Positions 29,917 through 38,946 of a stretch of 64,000 nucleotides of DNA are shown here, piece by piece. The notes below the pieces were generated by a model. It saw nothing but the letters and a program-made list of their open reading frames with translations, ran no database searches and was not told where the DNA came from. The stretch covers positions 21,382 through 85,381 of the IMG/VR virus record IMGVR_UViG_3300017963_000025, one strand, 5' to 3'. The stretch comes from a virus. Position 1 is the stretch's first letter; each line of letters begins with the position of its first letter. The translations under genes were made by a program, and so were the position numbers.

Positions 29917-29992
29917 CATCGCAGTAAAGATTGAATCCCGGTTATATTTTATATTCATCACGCAAAATACATCCAAATGAAAGAGGTGTAAC

Positions 29993-30229
29993 ATGGAAAT
30001 AAAACCACTGGTAAGAGGTTGTTATGATGTTCAAAAACTGCGCATCCAATTTGGAAACCGGATATGCACCGCGTTCAAGACCAAAATTGGAATCAAACCG
30101 CGGAGGCAAACGACAACCATTAGCGTCATTAATTATAAGACAACCAAAGAAGTAAATAAAGAGATGATGGCGGCAGAGACATTGAACAATAACAATAGAA
30201 GGAGGGAATGGGAAAATGACCAAATTTGA
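29993..30229 (+). pseudogene. possible IS110-family-related N-terminal fragment
   Basis: LVRGCYDVQKLRIQFGNRI recalls phage IS110-like proteins; rest missing. Confidence 0.35.
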
Positions 30230-30386
30230 AGCGGATACCAAGATGCGGGATATTGTTCTGGAAACCCGCAGGGATGTGGAGTCCATAAAGTTCTACAGAG
30301 AAAACGGTCATACGGCGGCATGTGCCAAACGTATGGTATTTGAAGGAAAAAACTGTAATTGTGGTGTTAAGGAAAAAACGGAATAA
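30216..30386 (+). CDS. small hypothetical protein (56 aa)
   Basis: RBS GGAGG; stop 3 nt before palindrome. Confidence 0.5.
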   Translation: MTKFEADTKMRDIVLETRRDVESIKFYRENGHTAACAKRMVFEGKNCNCGVKEKTE

Positions 30387-30389
30387 CCG

Positions 30390-30407
30390 TCCGCAAACGT
30401 TTGCGGA
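30390..30407. repeat. 18-bp palindrome copy 10
   Basis: Exact; TAA-CCG-palindrome. Confidence 0.95.
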
Positions 30408-30430
30408 TGAAAAAAGGGAGGAAACAAATT

Positions 30431-30778
30431 ATGAAACTGATCAACCTGACTCCGCATCCGGTGGTTATTATTGGTGATGATGCTGAAATTGCTATTGAAA
30501 TCCCACCAGAAAAGAAATCGGCACGACTGGCGGAGAGCACGGTGCCATTGTCCCCCGTTGAATGCGACGGCGTAACGATTCCGATGCTAAAAAAGACTTA
30601 TGTGACAGCGGAAAATTTACCAGATGAACAACCCGACACACGGTATATTGTATCCGTGCTGGTGTTGCTGGCCCTAAGGGATATCCGCCATGATTTGGTC
30701 TGCCCGGATACCGGCCCAGGTAGCGTGGTTCGGGATGCGGACGGGAATATTATCGGTATCAGACGGTTGCAAAAATAG
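30431..30778 (+). CDS. conserved phage protein (NLTPH motif)
   Basis: MKLINLTPH..LP.EQPDTRYIVS..R.DLVCP..VVRDADGNIIG. Confidence 0.7.
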   Translation: MKLINLTPHPVVIIGDDAEIAIEIPPEKKSARLAESTVPLSPVECDGVTIPMLKKTYVTAENLPDEQPDTRYIVSVLVLLALRDIRHDLVCPDTGPGSVVRDADGNIIGIRRLQK

Positions 30779-30786
30779 GGAGAAAC

Positions 30787-31005
30787 ATGTTCAAAATCAC
30801 CCGACTCACCAAAAATCTGGAGATTACCGCGAGGATTGTCAAAGCTTATGCCAAATCATTGGGCGGAGGGTGTGACATAGACCTGACAGACAAGGACAAT
30901 CCCATATTTTTGGGCGGGGATCATGTGTTGGAAGACGCCTGTTACAAAGAGGCGTTGAAACATATTTCACAACAAAACATGGAGGAAGAAGATGAACACC
31001 TATGA
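30787..31005 (+). CDS. small hypothetical protein
   Basis: GGAG RBS. Confidence 0.5.
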   Translation: MFKITRLTKNLEITARIVKAYAKSLGGGCDIDLTDKDNPIFLGGDHVLEDACYKEALKHISQQNMEEEDEHL

Positions 31006-31274
31006 ATACGAATTACGCAGATTGAAGCATTATACGAAACCAAAAGAGGACCGGGAAAAATTGGAATATCCGGTAACGGGGGGTGACTCGGAATATAAAT
31101 GGGTATGTTCCCTATGTGGCAATTTACATACGCCAAACACCCCATGCCAATGTACAAGATAAATGGGAGGGTACAATGACTACACGATGTTCGACATATA
31201 AGAAAATTATTGTCATACGTCGCCGTACTTTGAACGGAAGATTTTAATGAATAATTTATTAAGAGGAGGAAACC

Positions 31275-31466
31275 ATGTTTGAATTTTTGAAACCGCTGAA
31301 TTGTTGTTCCCGATGTATCGGGGAAAGTACGTCTGACAATTGCGACGGGTGTCTTGGCACACCGTGCGGACTTTGCTATTGGTGCAAAAAGACCAAAAAT
31401 GAAACGATTGATTTGTCATCGGTTACGGATGACAAGCATTCCTACCAACCCAAAAAACCGGAGTAA
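31275..31466 (+). CDS. Cys-rich microprotein
   Basis: RBS GAGGAGG; CCSRC..CDGC..CGLCYWC. Confidence 0.55.
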   Translation: MFEFLKPLNCCSRCIGESTSDNCDGCLGTPCGLCYWCKKTKNETIDLSSVTDDKHSYQPKKPE

Positions 31467-31470
31467 CCAC

Positions 31471-31650
31471 ATGCCTAAAAAGTGGCCGATATGGAAGACG
31501 AAAAGTGAGAAAGTAGTAATCAAAAAAAAGACTTCTTCCGGAAATACGTGTCAGACCAAATGCCCGTTGTGCGGGCATTTACAGAAAATTAGTATTACCA
31601 ATTGGACATGCAAGAAATGCCATGGAAACATGGTGCCAAACGGAGGTTAG
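31471..31650 (+). CDS. Zn-ribbon microprotein
   Basis: CPLC..CKKC. Confidence 0.5.
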   Translation: MPKKWPIWKTKSEKVVIKKKTSSGNTCQTKCPLCGHLQKISITNWTCKKCHGNMVPNGG

Positions 31651-31651
31651 T

Positions 31652-31903
31652 ATGGAAAAAAAGAAAAAAACAATTCCACATACCCAGGGGATGCACAAGT
31701 TTGTCTGCGTGGTGTGTAAAACCGAGTTCAGTACCAAAAATACCCGTTGGCGGGGGGTCACCACGCACGGCCCCGGCGAGAATGACAAGATTTATCATAT
31801 CTGTGAGGATTGCCGGGGTCCGCTTGACGAACTAATTGAAAACGGATTTGTAAAGAAGTGTAACTGCTGGGAGTGGCGGTGCCGGAGGGATCATGGGGAA
31901 TAG
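31652..31903 (+). CDS. Zn-finger microprotein
   Basis: CVVC..CEDC; GGAGG RBS. Confidence 0.5.
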   Translation: MEKKKKTIPHTQGMHKFVCVVCKTEFSTKNTRWRGVTTHGPGENDKIYHICEDCRGPLDELIENGFVKKCNCWEWRCRRDHGE

Positions 31904-32102
31904 CAGATTATATCAAGTAAAGTTTGCCGGACAGGAAGATACGTTCGTTGCCGATGCGGACGAAATGGACATCACCGGCAACGGGGATCTGGTGTTGTTC
32001 AGCGGGAAGCGGGCGTGGCTTGCCGTCGCCAAAGGTGCGTGGGTGTGGTGCAAGCGAACGGACGAATCCCCGGAGAAAAAGAAACGGAAGTGGTCACTAT
32101 AA
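31893..32102 (+). CDS. small hypothetical protein
   Basis: GGAGG RBS. Confidence 0.55.
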   Translation: MGNSRLYQVKFAGQEDTFVADADEMDITGNGDLVLFSGKRAWLAVAKGAWVWCKRTDESPEKKKRKWSL

Positions 32103-32206
32103 ATAACGAGCGGGTTTGGGCGTAGACGCGGATCGATAGGAAACCATGCCATGGCGGCTTGCCGAGCGACAGGTGAAATAACTGTGAACAGAAAGAGAGG
32201 TGCGGT

Positions 32207-32422
32207 ATGAAATGGAAAACATTTAGTGTGAGGGATATCCATACCCTGTGTCGTTTTCAAAAACAGGCAAGTGATGAAAATCGGATATTTGTGTCATCCA
32301 CGAAAACGAACGGGTTCGTTTTCCACGTCGGTGATGACGATAGCAGTTTTTCGTTTCGTTCGGAGGTGGAGACAGACATTCGGTACGGAAACGCGAAAGA
32401 GAGAAAGGGAGGTGTCGGATGA
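32207..32422 (+). CDS. small hypothetical protein
   Basis: GAGG RBS. Confidence 0.5.
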   Translation: MKWKTFSVRDIHTLCRFQKQASDENRIFVSSTKTNGFVFHVGDDDSSFSFRSEVETDIRYGNAKERKGGVG

Positions 32423-32667
32423 AAAATTACACAGCGGTATTAAATTTTGAAAAAAAAGGCGTATCCTTGGAATTTGCGGACTTTCCGGGATGTGCGTTGG
32501 TGGGAAACAATGCGAATTGGGTAAAAGAAAACGCACCCTCCACATTGGCAGAGCATGTATGGCGGATGAGAAGCAGCGGGCATTATATACCCGATCCCGC
32601 ACCATACTGGAAGGTAGTATCAGACAACACCGATGCCCACGGATTTTTTTCCGTGGTGATTGATTAA
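32419..32667 (+). CDS. HicB-like antitoxin domain protein
   Basis: YTAVL....GVSLEFADFPGC..G....KENA...LA.H......IPDP. Confidence 0.65.
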   Translation: MKNYTAVLNFEKKGVSLEFADFPGCALVGNNANWVKENAPSTLAEHVWRMRSSGHYIPDPAPYWKVVSDNTDAHGFFSVVID

Positions 32668-32679
32668 TCAGGAGGTCGT

Positions 32680-32913
32680 ATGGGAACATTATATCCGAAA
32701 GATGCAATTGACCAATTGGTTTCGTACCCGACACAATCAAACCGGAATGTTCTTCTTTCCGTTATTCGGTGTTACTTGTCCGACGTGCGTGAAGCATATG
32801 AGGAATATGTGGAAAAAATTTCGAGCATTCCTCCGGATTTGAGGCCGAGTTTGCAAGAAATTATCGACGAATACGAATATGCGCAGATGATCTGTGAAGA
32901 CTATGGGGGATAA
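32680..32913 (+). CDS. small hypothetical protein
   Basis: AGGAGG RBS. Confidence 0.55.
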   Translation: MGTLYPKDAIDQLVSYPTQSNRNVLLSVIRCYLSDVREAYEEYVEKISSIPPDLRPSLQEIIDEYEYAQMICEDYGG

Positions 32914-32914
32914 T

Positions 32915-33085
32915 ATGATTCCGGTGGTGAAACCAAAAAAACTGTACTGTGAAAAGTGCGGGGTGCCGAAGCCGGAGCATCCGAACGACAATGGGTGGAT
33001 GATGTCCTTTGTCCGTGTGCTGTGTCCGCATTGTCGCAACACGGACAAGGAGGATTCCACCTATCCGGATCGGGATAAACCATAG
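32915..33085 (+). CDS. Zn-ribbon microprotein
   Basis: CEKC..CPHC. Confidence 0.5.
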   Translation: MIPVVKPKKLYCEKCGVPKPEHPNDNGWMMSFVRVLCPHCRNTDKEDSTYPDRDKP

Positions 33086-33091
33086 CAAGTC

Positions 33092-33120
33092 AAACCGGTC
33101 CTCTTCGGGCCGGTTTTTTT
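33092..33120 (+). terminator. intrinsic terminator
   Basis: AAACCGGTCC-TCTTC-GGGCCGG followed by T7. Confidence 0.75.
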
Positions 33121-33192
33121 ATTTGACAAATCCCCGCTTCCTTTTGTATGTTGGAAATAATTCCATACCAAACATACGGGAGGACAACCCAC

Positions 33193-33708
33193 ATGAAAAA
33201 AGAATTCCTTGACGCAATGAATGTCCATATGCTGGCAGAATTGCAATCATCCTATGTGTATATGTCCATGGCAGCATGGTTGGATTTTTCCAACCGTCCG
33301 GGGATGGCGAAATGGATGATGAAACAGGCTGCGGAGGAGCACGAACACGCGCTCATGTTCTACCGGCATATTACTGACCGGGGCGGACGGGCCGTATGGC
33401 CAAACTTGCCCCAATTGAAAATCAATTGGAAAAACTGTACGGAGCTGTGGACCGACACATACAACCACGAAAAGGAGATTACCCAAAAAATCCAAAATCT
33501 GTTGGCACTGGCCCGAAAGAGCGGGGAACACCCCTCCGAATATTTCCTCATCGAATTTTTGGCGGAACAAATCGAGGAGGAAAAGATGACGCATGATATC
33601 CTGATGAAGATCAAATCTGTGGAGGGGGACGCATCCGGTATGATCTTTATGGATGACAAATTGGGAAAACGATCTGGGACCGAACCAATGCCAAAATTGG
33701 CCGACTGA
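33193..33708 (+). CDS. ftnA: non-heme ferritin
   Basis: ELQSSYVYMSMAAW, EEHEHALMF, HEKEIT, EQIEEE ferroxidase-centre pattern; own TTGACA promoter at 33123. Confidence 0.9.
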   Translation: MKKEFLDAMNVHMLAELQSSYVYMSMAAWLDFSNRPGMAKWMMKQAAEEHEHALMFYRHITDRGGRAVWPNLPQLKINWKNCTELWTDTYNHEKEITQKIQNLLALARKSGEHPSEYFLIEFLAEQIEEEKMTHDILMKIKSVEGDASGMIFMDDKLGKRSGTEPMPKLAD

Positions 33709-33726
33709 TACCCAAAAAATCGAATA

Positions 33727-33744
33727 TCCGCAACCGTTTGCGGA
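33727..33744. repeat. 18-bp palindrome copy 11 (1 mismatch)
   Basis: After ferritin stop. Confidence 0.9.
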
Positions 33745-33864
33745 GTTGGTTGGTGTGCCACGGTGCAAAATTGACGTCTATTTTTCATCCTGTCATAGTA
33801 TCCTTATCTGCTAACGTGATCACAATGGCCATGTGACAAACGATGATAAGGGGGAATCATTCCA

Positions 33865-34518
33865 ATGGAAGAAAATCATAACTATGACAAGGAGAATACC
33901 ATGCAAAACAACAGTGGCGTAGGATTCACGGATGCGGGGGTGTTGGCGCTTTTGGCGGATACCGCGAGAGCCGGGAGAGGCGGAGGCTATTGGGGCGGAG
34001 AGGGTTACGGACCGGGAGGTTACGGACCGTTTTCGTCTCCGAGTTCTACCGCCGTCCGACTGGAACGGAATGCCAAAGCAACCGAGGATGAGGCGGATTG
34101 TACCCGTCAATTGTTCGGACAGGCATTCTCGTCAATTCGGGATGCTTTTGAAAATCAGACGCGTTCCGGTCAGTTCAACGATCTGTGCCAAAGAATTTCT
34201 CAGAATGATGTACGGGTTACGGACAACCAATTCCGTGCGGAGCTGCGAAATTCGGACAGAATCGCGGCACTACAACAAATGGTCAATGATTTTCGTGCCG
34301 AAGCTGCAAAGTGCTGTTGCGACAACAGATTAGAACTGTGTCAGGTCGAAAGCCGGTTGTCTGCAAAGATGGAAGCACTGTCCAAAGAAAGCGTATTGCG
34401 TGATCTGAACCGGGCCGAACGGCAGTTGCAGACGCAGACAATTATTAGCACCTGTGGCTGCGGGTGCCAGGGCGGTGTCCGGCCATGCCCGCCCCATCCG
34501 CATCCACACCCTCACTAG
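33865..34518 (+). CDS. Gly-rich/coiled-coil phage protein with CCC and CGCGC motifs
   Basis: GGGYWGGEGYGPGGYG, AKCCCDN, TCGCGC, PHPHPHPH. Confidence 0.65.
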   Translation: MEENHNYDKENTMQNNSGVGFTDAGVLALLADTARAGRGGGYWGGEGYGPGGYGPFSSPSSTAVRLERNAKATEDEADCTRQLFGQAFSSIRDAFENQTRSGQFNDLCQRISQNDVRVTDNQFRAELRNSDRIAALQQMVNDFRAEAAKCCCDNRLELCQVESRLSAKMEALSKESVLRDLNRAERQLQTQTIISTCGCGCQGGVRPCPPHPHPHPH

Positions 34519-34922
34519 GCCCCGGACATCCGTGTCCCGAAGGTATTCTGGCGTTGTATGAGGAATTTCTTCAACGCCAGAAACAGGCGCAGGGCCAGGG
34601 GCAGTTCAGCGATGATGATGTGAACATTAACATCAATGTGGACCAAACCGCCGACGCAACCGGCGGTGAGGGAGGTTCGGGGCAGAACGACAACGGGGAT
34701 AGAAAAGTTGAAATCTGCCACGACGGGCAAACACTCGAAGTATCTGTAAACGCATTACCCGCACATTATGGTCACGGCGATACATTGGGGCCATGCCCCC
34801 CGGTGATTGACGCGGGGGTCACCACGGCAACACCGCCAACGGAAGCAAAGACAAACGGATCATCTGGCCTTCCCAACGGGATTGGGCTGAAAAACGGAAA
34901 CGGTACTACGCCGGACGCATAA
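34464..34922 (+). CDS. hypothetical protein with KVEICH..AH.GHGD.LGPC motif (start uncertain)
   Basis: Open frame overlapping the end of 33865-34518; terminator follows. Confidence 0.55.
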   Translation: MPGRCPAMPAPSASTPSLGPGHPCPEGILALYEEFLQRQKQAQGQGQFSDDDVNININVDQTADATGGEGGSGQNDNGDRKVEICHDGQTLEVSVNALPAHYGHGDTLGPCPPVIDAGVTTATPPTEAKTNGSSGLPNGIGLKNGNGTTPDA

Positions 34923-34946
34923 ACGCGGGACGGCATGACAATTATC

Positions 34947-34991
34947 GGGCGGATATTCCGATTTAAAATCGGGGTGTCCGCCTTTTGTTTT
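34947..34991 (+). terminator. intrinsic terminator
   Basis: GGGCGGATATTCCGAT..ATCGGGGTGTCCGCC followed by T-rich tail. Confidence 0.7.
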
Positions 34992-35035
34992 TGGTCGAAC
35001 GATACTTGACAATTGCCCTATAGGGTGTTAGTATA

Positions 35036-35605
35036 ATGGGAGCTGACAGGGTGACAACAGATGAACAGGTCAGGAGAGGATTGAAAAAAATGCGGGTGGG
35101 CAATGCCTACCGGGTAAAATTACCGGATGATTTGTCCGCTGATGAACTGAATGAATTGAATATTGTGCGCGGGGATAGTATTGTGGTTCATGTGGTGGCC
35201 CATGTGGAGTGTCAACTTGTGGTACGCTATTGGCTGAAACAACGGCGGGTATGGCGGTATTCGGTGGAATCTCCCGCACTGTTCTTGTCAGATGACATTG
35301 CATGGGTGTCGAAAGCCACGGATATCCGACGATGTGCCAAACCAAGGTTTGGTTACGGGCCGTGCGGGTTCAGAAAAGAGGCCGAATGGCGGATATTATT
35401 GGTTATTTGGCAAATGTATAGGGATAAAATCCCGTCCGGGAAGATTGCCGATGCGCTCAATCATGCGGGATACCGGGATAGCCGATCCAAATCCGTATCC
35501 GGGTTATGGACATCGTCCCGTGTCAATCGGATGATTCGCGCCATCAAAACGGACGGATGTTACAATGAAATCAAAACAGGAGGGAATAATAATGTGGCCG
35601 TTTAA
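35036..35605 (+). CDS. protein with serine-recombinase-type DNA-binding domain, no catalytic domain seen
   Basis: PRFGY..E.EWRIL..IWQMY....SGKIADALN.AGY.....W..SRV.RMI. Confidence 0.55.
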   Translation: MGADRVTTDEQVRRGLKKMRVGNAYRVKLPDDLSADELNELNIVRGDSIVVHVVAHVECQLVVRYWLKQRRVWRYSVESPALFLSDDIAWVSKATDIRRCAKPRFGYGPCGFRKEAEWRILLVIWQMYRDKIPSGKIADALNHAGYRDSRSKSVSGLWTSSRVNRMIRAIKTDGCYNEIKTGGNNNVAV

Positions 35606-35813
35606 AAAAGCCGGAAGCAACCGTCCAACAGACCAGATGGAGGACCGCATCAGGGAACTGTATGCGATCAAAGCGGAACGCGGGCATTTGACAAAATCGG
35701 AACAAGCTGAATTCGACACATTGGAAACCGCATGGTTTAACAAAAACCAAGAAAAACTACGGTCTATGGCCGAACGTCCGTGCTACAAAATAAACTTGAC
35801 AAATTCCGAATAA
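35592..35813 (+). CDS. small hypothetical protein
   Basis: AGGAGG RBS; MWPFKK start. Confidence 0.55.
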   Translation: MWPFKKAGSNRPTDQMEDRIRELYAIKAERGHLTKSEQAEFDTLETAWFNKNQEKLRSMAERPCYKINLTNSE

Positions 35814-35864
35814 GGTGTTATTCTATATTTTGATAAAATATAATTGAAGGAGGAATAACACCGC

Positions 35865-36185
35865 ATGGAAAAGCAAAGGAATATTATCGCTGTCGGCAAA
35901 ATCGCAGATCAGATGGGAGTATCCGTTCGGACAGTCCGTGGATGGACGGATATACTGATTAAAAACGGACACGCACGGAGAATCGGAGGGGGTGCGGTTC
36001 GTGGCCGCTATATCTATTATAGTACGTCAATTCCGTTCCTTCGGATACGAAACGCAATACCAATCACCGTTCGCGAAAATGCCACTTACGTAAACGGGCG
36101 TGGTTGGTATGTCGGTGAGGAAAAAATAGGAAAAAATATGAATGATGCCTATGACTACCTGATTCGGGAGGGTATCGTTCAATAA
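35865..36185 (+). CDS. HTH DNA-binding protein
   Basis: VGKIADQMGVSVRTVRGW HTH; own TTGACA-N17-TATTCT promoter at 35795. Confidence 0.65.
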   Translation: MEKQRNIIAVGKIADQMGVSVRTVRGWTDILIKNGHARRIGGGAVRGRYIYYSTSIPFLRIRNAIPITVRENATYVNGRGWYVGEEKIGKNMNDAYDYLIREGIVQ

Positions 36186-36204
36186 CAAAACGGGGTATCG
36201 GAAA

Positions 36205-36726
36205 ATGAAATTAATCAGAATTATTTTTGCGGGAATCGTGTTGTCTTTTTTCGGGTGTGACGTATTGGATGACGACGATAACGGGGAGCCGGAACCGGCA
36301 GAGGTTACGGACGTATCCGACCGGTGGGTATCCTCCGAGTTTATCCGCGTGGCGGGAATCCGCGACTATTTGTATGCGGATATTGTGTTTTTGTCCGGCT
36401 CGAATTCCTTCCGGGGGTACGTGGCCGAGTACTCCACCTGTGTGGAGCATACAGAGGAGGTTGCGTTTTGCATGGACAAGCGGGATGCGACGGACCCCGT
36501 GTCCGGGTTATGGTCCCCGGAAAATGACGTGGGGTATCTTACAATCAACGGGATTGATTACGCCCTGTCCAAAACTTCCGAAGACGCGTATCACATTGAG
36601 TGGGTGTTGGTATCAGAGGAAAACCGATATAATAATTGGTATGTCCTTATGTATAAACAGCTTATCACAAAAAGTTACAAGGATAATGGTCAGGATTGTC
36701 AGCATCCTGATTCATGGTATTGCTAG
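36205..36726 (+). CDS. acidic lipoprotein (possible superinfection exclusion)
   Basis: MKLIRIIFAGIVLSFFGC lipobox. Confidence 0.6.
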   Translation: MKLIRIIFAGIVLSFFGCDVLDDDDNGEPEPAEVTDVSDRWVSSEFIRVAGIRDYLYADIVFLSGSNSFRGYVAEYSTCVEHTEEVAFCMDKRDATDPVSGLWSPENDVGYLTINGIDYALSKTSEDAYHIEWVLVSEENRYNNWYVLMYKQLITKSYKDNGQDCQHPDSWYC

Positions 36727-36957
36727 TTTCCCTGCTGATGTTCCGGAGCGGAGACATTTGACCACGATTTTGACGTGGGAGTCATAGAGGCGTTTGACGG
36801 AACGGGTGACTTGTGGGTGGAATAGTAACCCTCTTAAAACCGATAACTTAGTGGGAAACCCCGGAGTGGTCACATGATACAAAATGGCCGGAATCAGCGA
36901 GAAGGATTTTGCACTATAATATGCGCAAGAAATCAATTAATCGTCGTAGGAGACAAT

Positions 36958-37461
36958 ATGATGCAACAAAAAGAATCCGAAGCGCGGACGCATTGCAGTG
37001 ATCATGGCGGTATTGATTTTGAGCTGGAAAGCGATGAGCGAGCGCTTCCCGAGCTTGTCGTTGAAATAAATCAGGCGGCTTTCAAGCAATTCAAAAACAA
37101 GAGTTTTCACCTGGATACGTATTGTTTCGATTCGAAGCCTGAAATGCGGTTTTTTGACATCATTCTCAGAAGCGATGATGTCCGTAAAGTTTATTTCACG
37201 GGCATGCTGACGCATGGCCAAAGCGATTTCTATATTCATTACATTGATCCGGAGGTATCGGGGGTGCGGACATACTATCCGGATTTTTTGATCGAAAAAA
37301 AGGACGGTTCATATGTGATCGTTGAGATCAAGGGAGAGCACAAGCTGGACGATCCGGTTGTCGAATCCAAAAAGAAGTTTGCGGAACAAATGGCAACGGA
37401 CAATCGCGGAAAAAGAACACGAAAGAGATTGACTTATTTCCTTCCCGATTTATCGTCCTGA
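36958..37461 (+). pseudogene. Type III Res-like C-terminal nuclease fragment
   Basis: YCFDSKPE, YYPDFLI, IVEIKG; helicase domain absent. Confidence 0.65.
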
Positions 37462-37471
37462 AAGTGTCAAA

Positions 37472-37489
37472 ACCGCAAACGTTTGCGGA
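37472..37489. repeat. 18-bp palindrome copy 12 (1 mismatch)
   Basis: After Res fragment stop. Confidence 0.9.
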
Positions 37490-37512
37490 TAGAAAGAAAG
37501 GGGGGAATAATA

Positions 37513-37890
37513 TTGGATTTGTATTGTGAACAATGCGGCGAATACCTGTGCCGGTTGGTGATGGAAAACGGCCAACCCATGGCGCTAAACAATGAAAACA
37601 TGGAGGGCGATCCCTATGTCTACGCATCCGGAAAAATGGAAATAGGTGTGTGCGGGAATTGCCTGAAAGAAACGCGGAAATCCGCAAACTCGGATTTGTG
37701 TGACGCGCTGAATGATCAAATTGACGACACCCTGATGCCATTCGAAGCGCGGTTTGTTGAGTTGTCAGAGGAAATTCTGAATGAGGACATATCAAATAGG
37801 GACGCATCGAACAAAATATCAGAATTGTGGAAAGATATTGATCGCGCCTTGTCAAAATTGGACGAGGCAATACCGGAGGAGGACGAATGA
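37513..37890 (+). CDS. Zn-binding hypothetical protein
   Basis: CEQC..CGNC; TTG start with GGGGG RBS. Confidence 0.5.
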   Translation: MDLYCEQCGEYLCRLVMENGQPMALNNENMEGDPYVYASGKMEIGVCGNCLKETRKSANSDLCDALNDQIDDTLMPFEARFVELSEEILNEDISNRDASNKISELWKDIDRALSKLDEAIPEEDE

Positions 37891-38150
37891 CACCCGAACA
37901 CAAAAAAGAAATTCACACCGCCATGGTCGAACGTGACAAACTTCGGTTGGAGACTACGGCATCATACAGAAACCTTGTTTACGGGAAGGCGACTTCTTCC
38001 CAATATTCGACAATCGCCACTCAGCTAAGACGCGCCCACATGCGTGTCTTGGATTTGTTGGACGAATACGGTATCGATATTTCCATGGCAGAGGACACAC
38101 GTGCGTTTGCCGATGTTGATCTGCCATGCGTGACCCACACCTATCAGTGA
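37887..38150 (+). CDS. hypothetical protein
   Basis: ATGA overlap, GGAGG RBS. Confidence 0.55.
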   Translation: MTPEHKKEIHTAMVERDKLRLETTASYRNLVYGKATSSQYSTIATQLRRAHMRVLDLLDEYGIDISMAEDTRAFADVDLPCVTHTYQ

Positions 38151-38557
38151 ACACCAACCCGTTTGACATTGGGTATCTCACCGTGGCATTATGGGATATC
38201 GACCATTGCTTTTACGGGCGGGGGTATCGTCATCTTACGGACGGACGGGAATTTTCGGTGGCGGTCGAAATCCGGACCCATTATGAGTATGTGGAAGTAT
38301 TGCCCAAACATATGTGGGGTACGCTGATGCTGACCAGCATCCCAAACACCATCTTTCAAAAACTGTTGTTTGGCCATGCCAGAAAATTCGGATATCGGTT
38401 GCGTCGTATCGGGTTGCTGAAAAGCCAGGAGTACATTACCGGCAGTACGCCGGAAGCCGTGTTCCATATCCTCGGATTACACCCCGTGCCGCATTGGGAA
38501 TGGGTAGCCGGATACGGTGACTATTTACAAACGGAGAAAACCAAATGGAGAAAATGA
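38147..38557 (+). CDS. degenerate PolX thumb-like protein
   Basis: WGTLML......FQ..L...ARKFGY.L...GL.....I...TPE.VF.ILGL..VP pattern; catalytic Asp triad not seen. Confidence 0.4.
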   Translation: MNTNPFDIGYLTVALWDIDHCFYGRGYRHLTDGREFSVAVEIRTHYEYVEVLPKHMWGTLMLTSIPNTIFQKLLFGHARKFGYRLRRIGLLKSQEYITGSTPEAVFHILGLHPVPHWEWVAGYGDYLQTEKTKWRK

Positions 38558-38700
38558 AATTGCTTGATCTTTTTTGCGGTGCGGGGTGACGGATATTACT
38601 GCGTTACGGGTTACGGTGGTAGTATAAAAGGGGCCGGTGGGAAAAGAGTTAAAAATCCGGCCACCGGCCTATACCGAATATATTGGAAAATATCTGATAG
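38554..38700 (+). pseudogene. collapsed C5 methyltransferase (motif I plus motif X remnants)
   Basis: MKLLDLFCGAG* followed within ~60 nt by EL...PPAYTEYIG. Confidence 0.6.
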
Positions 38701-38946
38701 TGGCGGCGGGTTCCTTTATTGAAAATCATAATGTGTGTCATGGAGGAGAAATGATACGAGTATTCCCAAAGCGAACGAAGAAACGATGCTGTACGGAATG
38801 CAGTCTTCGAAACTTGGAGGGTGTGTGTGAGGAATGCGGAGGGGAACCATGTCAGAATTGCATCTATTGTAGGAGCGTTAGGAATCAGACGCGGGATGAC
38901 ATGAAAAGACGAGACAGTATAAAGAAATGGACAAAAAAGGAATAAC

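Noticed and set aside
32105-32190. Possible structured ncRNA or tRNA in intergenic gaps (also 36730-36870)
   Set aside because: No cloverleaf, T-loop or recognisable riboswitch or ribozyme core by eye; an Infernal/tRNAscan run would be needed.
35036-35605. Integrase indicating a temperate lifestyle
   Set aside because: The catalytic serine-recombinase domain is missing; lifestyle cannot be determined from this window.
38587-38589. Second Sec candidate (FCGAG-TGA), and also TGA 16566
   Set aside because: Readthrough gives no family-like continuation and soon stops; the positions do not correspond to an expected Cys.
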